This document shows positions 61,067-64,000 of a stretch of 64,000 nt of DNA, one piece after another. Origin of the DNA: Diadema antillarum. Its lineage: Eukaryota. The DNA lies in contig NW_027271112.1 of the NCBI RefSeq assembly GCF_040938485.1, positions 62,001-126,000 on the forward strand, written 5' to 3'. The notes below the pieces were generated by a model. That model was given only the letters and a program-made list of their open reading frames with translations. It searched no databases and was not told the DNA's origin. Made by a program: the position numbers and the translations under genes. Numbering within the stretch: position 1 is the stretch's first letter; each line of letters opens with the position of its first letter.

Positions 61067-63890
61067 ATGAAAGAGCGTAGAAGTACGGCGCCCTCTTCTG
61101 TTTCTTCACCCAAAGCGGTAGTTTTGAAACTCCAAAGGATCTACGGCGAACGAACCGCAATGGAACCAAAGGCTGTTTCTGAAGATCCCGATACCGAGTG
61201 CAATATCAATCTCAACGGTTTCATTACACAAACGACGAAAAGTAGAATAGTCGTTGAAATATTGAAGTATATTCTATACCATCGTGAACAAATCCCATTG
61301 CCTTTCGATCAACTTTATTTTCAGTATCAACGACCGGAAGTAAGTAGTAATTGGACATGTGTAGTCCCATTCGCTTCATTTTGTGTTTTTGAAGTTGACG
61401 TCTTGTTCATGTTTGTATGAACACACATTGTCATTGTAGATCTACATGTTGGGTAAATTACATCCTGCTGAACAGTATTGTGTAGAGACAGGGTTGTGCT
61501 TGTGTATGGTTAGGTACATCAAAACAAATAGTAGAACTCTTTAGTAGAATAGTACATGTATGTGCCCATCTAACCGTATCATTTGCAAGTTTATGCCTTG
61601 CTGTAGCTCATGAGCTGTATGGTTGGGTGTTCATAATACCGGACACCTAACGTTTTTCTATCAATAGAAACGTGAAAAATCTCACAATTTGCCTGAAATT
61701 TTACTCACGTGTGGACAAAATACTCCGGATTCACAAGCGCGCACTGAAAATCGCTCTTCAGTCTTAGATGGCGGCTTCGAACGCGTGGGGTGTCATTTTT
61801 TCCGCACTCAGTTGCCCTGCTCATTTCTACCGACCACCCTGACAATACGTATAAAGGGCACTTAAATGCGTTTTTTTCGACAGGCCGCTGTTTTTTTTCT
61901 AGCCGTCATTTTCCCCCCAATAATATTTGAATATATTTTGAATCCTTCGATATTACTTTTGAAGGACTGTTTGATGAATTTGAATTGATTTTCATTAGGA
62001 AACTTTTCATCGTAATTGAAATAAATTAGATGAGTCGGTTTGTTTTTTCACATTCATTTCTCGTTTCTGCTTCAACTCGTACGGTCGTAGCGGGCGACAA
62101 AATAATAATGTCATGTGTATGTGCAACGTGTGTGCACGATCGTACAAGCGGCGGTGACAATTTTGCGGTCAAAATCGTCAAATTTATTACGGAAGGATAC
62201 TCTACATCTAACAACGAGTCAGCAAAGGTAGGCCACTGCTGGCCTAGTTATATGTAGTTACACGATAAATCTTATTCGATTTTGCTAAATTTCGTTAATT
62301 TAGAGGGAATACTTATTTGTTTTCGCCTCATTTTACTCGGTAGCGTAGCCCAGTGAAGAATCGAACACCGTTGCGCGTAGTCCCATGCGTACATTTTCTT
62401 TCTGTACGCGCAATGCCATTATAATGCGCGGACGGTCGTTATGGACCCGGTCGGTGGGTTGAACACCTACCATACTTTGTAAAAGTTGGTATTTTTGTTG
62501 ACCGAAAGATCAGTCTGTATCTGGCCGTCGACGTCGGGGAATGTTCCGCGGAGGCTGCGTCTGGCTTCACGGATGGAGCGATAACGTGAAAAATATAAAA
62601 GACTCCTCCGGACAGACGGATCTTTCTGTCTAGTATTTTTGTAATTTTTGCACTAAGCTGAGCAACAGATGTAAAGTCAAAAACATTAATTTTGCTTTTG
62701 TGGGCTAAATTTGTGCTGCGCTGCACAGCTGTGCATTTGATTACTTGTACAATGTATTGTATGTTTGAGATATCATTATGTTTCATACGTGAAAATCAAT
62801 GCAAATCTTGTACAATGTCAATGCAATGTCCATCAAAAGTTTGAATACTCGCTTGCGCGCTTGCACACATACACACACTTGTGCACACACAGGCAAATGC
62901 TACTGTAGTATTAATATGATTCAACCCATTCAATGTGTCCATAGAAAATCATGAAATTATCTGTACTGGTTTTAGAATTTGCATTCAAAGCCAGAAGTAG
63001 TGTGAAGAAACTCACAGAAATTAATATGTACGATGCAAAAGAAAACTATTTCTGTAATACAGTACAACTGTCTAGGCCTATAGCAGTAGACCTGTGTGTT
63101 CACATAGTGAAGGTATACATGTAGCTCTAGGTATCAGGAATTGTCAATTTATGTTTGATTGTTCACAACTTCTGTAAAAAAAAAAAACATTTTTGTTTTT
63201 GTTTTTGATGGAATTTGCTCATGGTTTTACCTTTCATTTCCTTCATAATTTTTATGCTTCTGTTCACACTAACTAATTTTCAGGGTCCCACTTCCCCTTC
63301 TAATTTTGAACTCATTAAAGTGTATTGTCTATTTGTTGTTGTTTTTTTTCTGTCTGTGCTCACAGGTTTGTTCATCAGGTAACAAGAAAAGCCTCTTCAA
63401 AAAACGGATGTGCCAGGTAATGAAGGACTTTCAGGAAGTCTTTGACAATGTTGACACTCTCTTCCAGGACACTGATGTATCCGATCTTATCATTCTCTTG
63501 GGCTCCACATGGATCAATCCCAAGGAAGTCTTTCATATACGCTTCTCCAATAACAAACAGGTGAAAGAGACACTCACTGTAAAGCACTGTGTGCGGAACG
63601 TGGCCCGATCTCTGATCACCAACGGACCCCTGAGCGATGTCTCCCCGCCCCCCATCACCAGCCTACTCTGCCTGGCCCATGCGCCCCGTTCTTACAAGCC
63701 GACGTGGTTCAAACCCAAGGCGAATTTCAAGGTTCCCTCGAAGGGGCGTCAGTGTCGCATCAACGTAAGCTGCGGGATGGTGCACAGCAGTTTAGCTGCC
63801 GAAGACCACATCTGGATGCAGACACCATCTGGGATCAAAGGGATTAGAGACACCGTATCGGAGCATGCCACAGACCTCTGGAGCAGTTGA
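61067..63890 (+). CDS. MAD2L1BP: MAD2L1-binding protein (p31comet), 2 coding exons
   Basis: Exon 61067 (or the better-context ATG at 61160)-61339, donor GTAAGT, joins exon 63366-63890 in phase 0. Motifs EILKYILYHREQIPLPFDQL, LIILLGSTWINPKEVF, WFKPKANFKVPSKG and EDHIWMQTP match p31comet as recalled. Confidence 0.9.
61620..62472. mobile_element. Putative TA-TSD non-autonomous element in the MAD2L1BP intron
   Basis: TA|TGGTTGGGTGTTCA...TGAACACCTACCA|TA imperfect TIR; CpG-rich interior. Confidence 0.5.
62498..62632. mobile_element. Non-autonomous DNA transposon, 9-bp TSD family, copy C (135 bp)
   Basis: Same termini. TSD GTATTTTTG at 62489-97 and 62633-41. Located in the MAD2L1BP intron. Confidence 0.85.
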
Positions 63891-64000
63891 TGAAAGCTTT
63901 ATGGGCTCTCTTCTATCTGCAGAGCATGTTCAATAGAATACATCCCTGGGAGAACCATAGAGGGAGTTACTGCATCATGATACAGCCAATGACATGAACA

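Overview
Intron-rich, AT-rich animal DNA. The repeat landscape and gene content suggest a marine invertebrate deuterostome, possibly an echinoderm, but the species cannot be determined from sequence alone. Five host genes were reconstructed exon by exon from splice signals and phase continuity: SNX5/6-like sorting nexin (+, 5' exons lie upstream of the window), EAPP (-), a SMIM26-like microprotein (+), TTC8/BBS8 (-) and MAD2L1BP/p31comet (+). EAPP/SMIM26-like and TTC8/MAD2L1BP are head-to-head pairs. The most notable signal is at ~36.5-38.0 kb (- strand): a decayed RAG1-core-like transposase with RAG1-type motifs KDGVDGMGD, I(N)EKLxRxxGGLxGSGSxxLCTLC, ELGDIAKGV and HVREMIGLAPNLMIPGNHAREL. It has frameshifts, CpG-type lesions and a 200-bp tandem duplication, and no RAG2-like gene or TIRs were recognisable. 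Next to it is a degenerate Ty3/Gypsy element that carries a nested LTR element and a foldback insertion. The second signal is a non-autonomous DNA transposon family with three copies, each flanked by a perfect 9-bp TSD and each within ~1.5 kb of a gene start. Its longest copy carries a central inverted CCAAT dyad and outward-facing splice-donor motifs inside the TTC8/MAD2L1BP divergent promoter. Numerous TA-, TTAA- and TTA-TSD MITEs, a Helentron-like element, hairpins and one 310-N gap are also present. All homology calls rest on recalled protein motifs; no database search was run.
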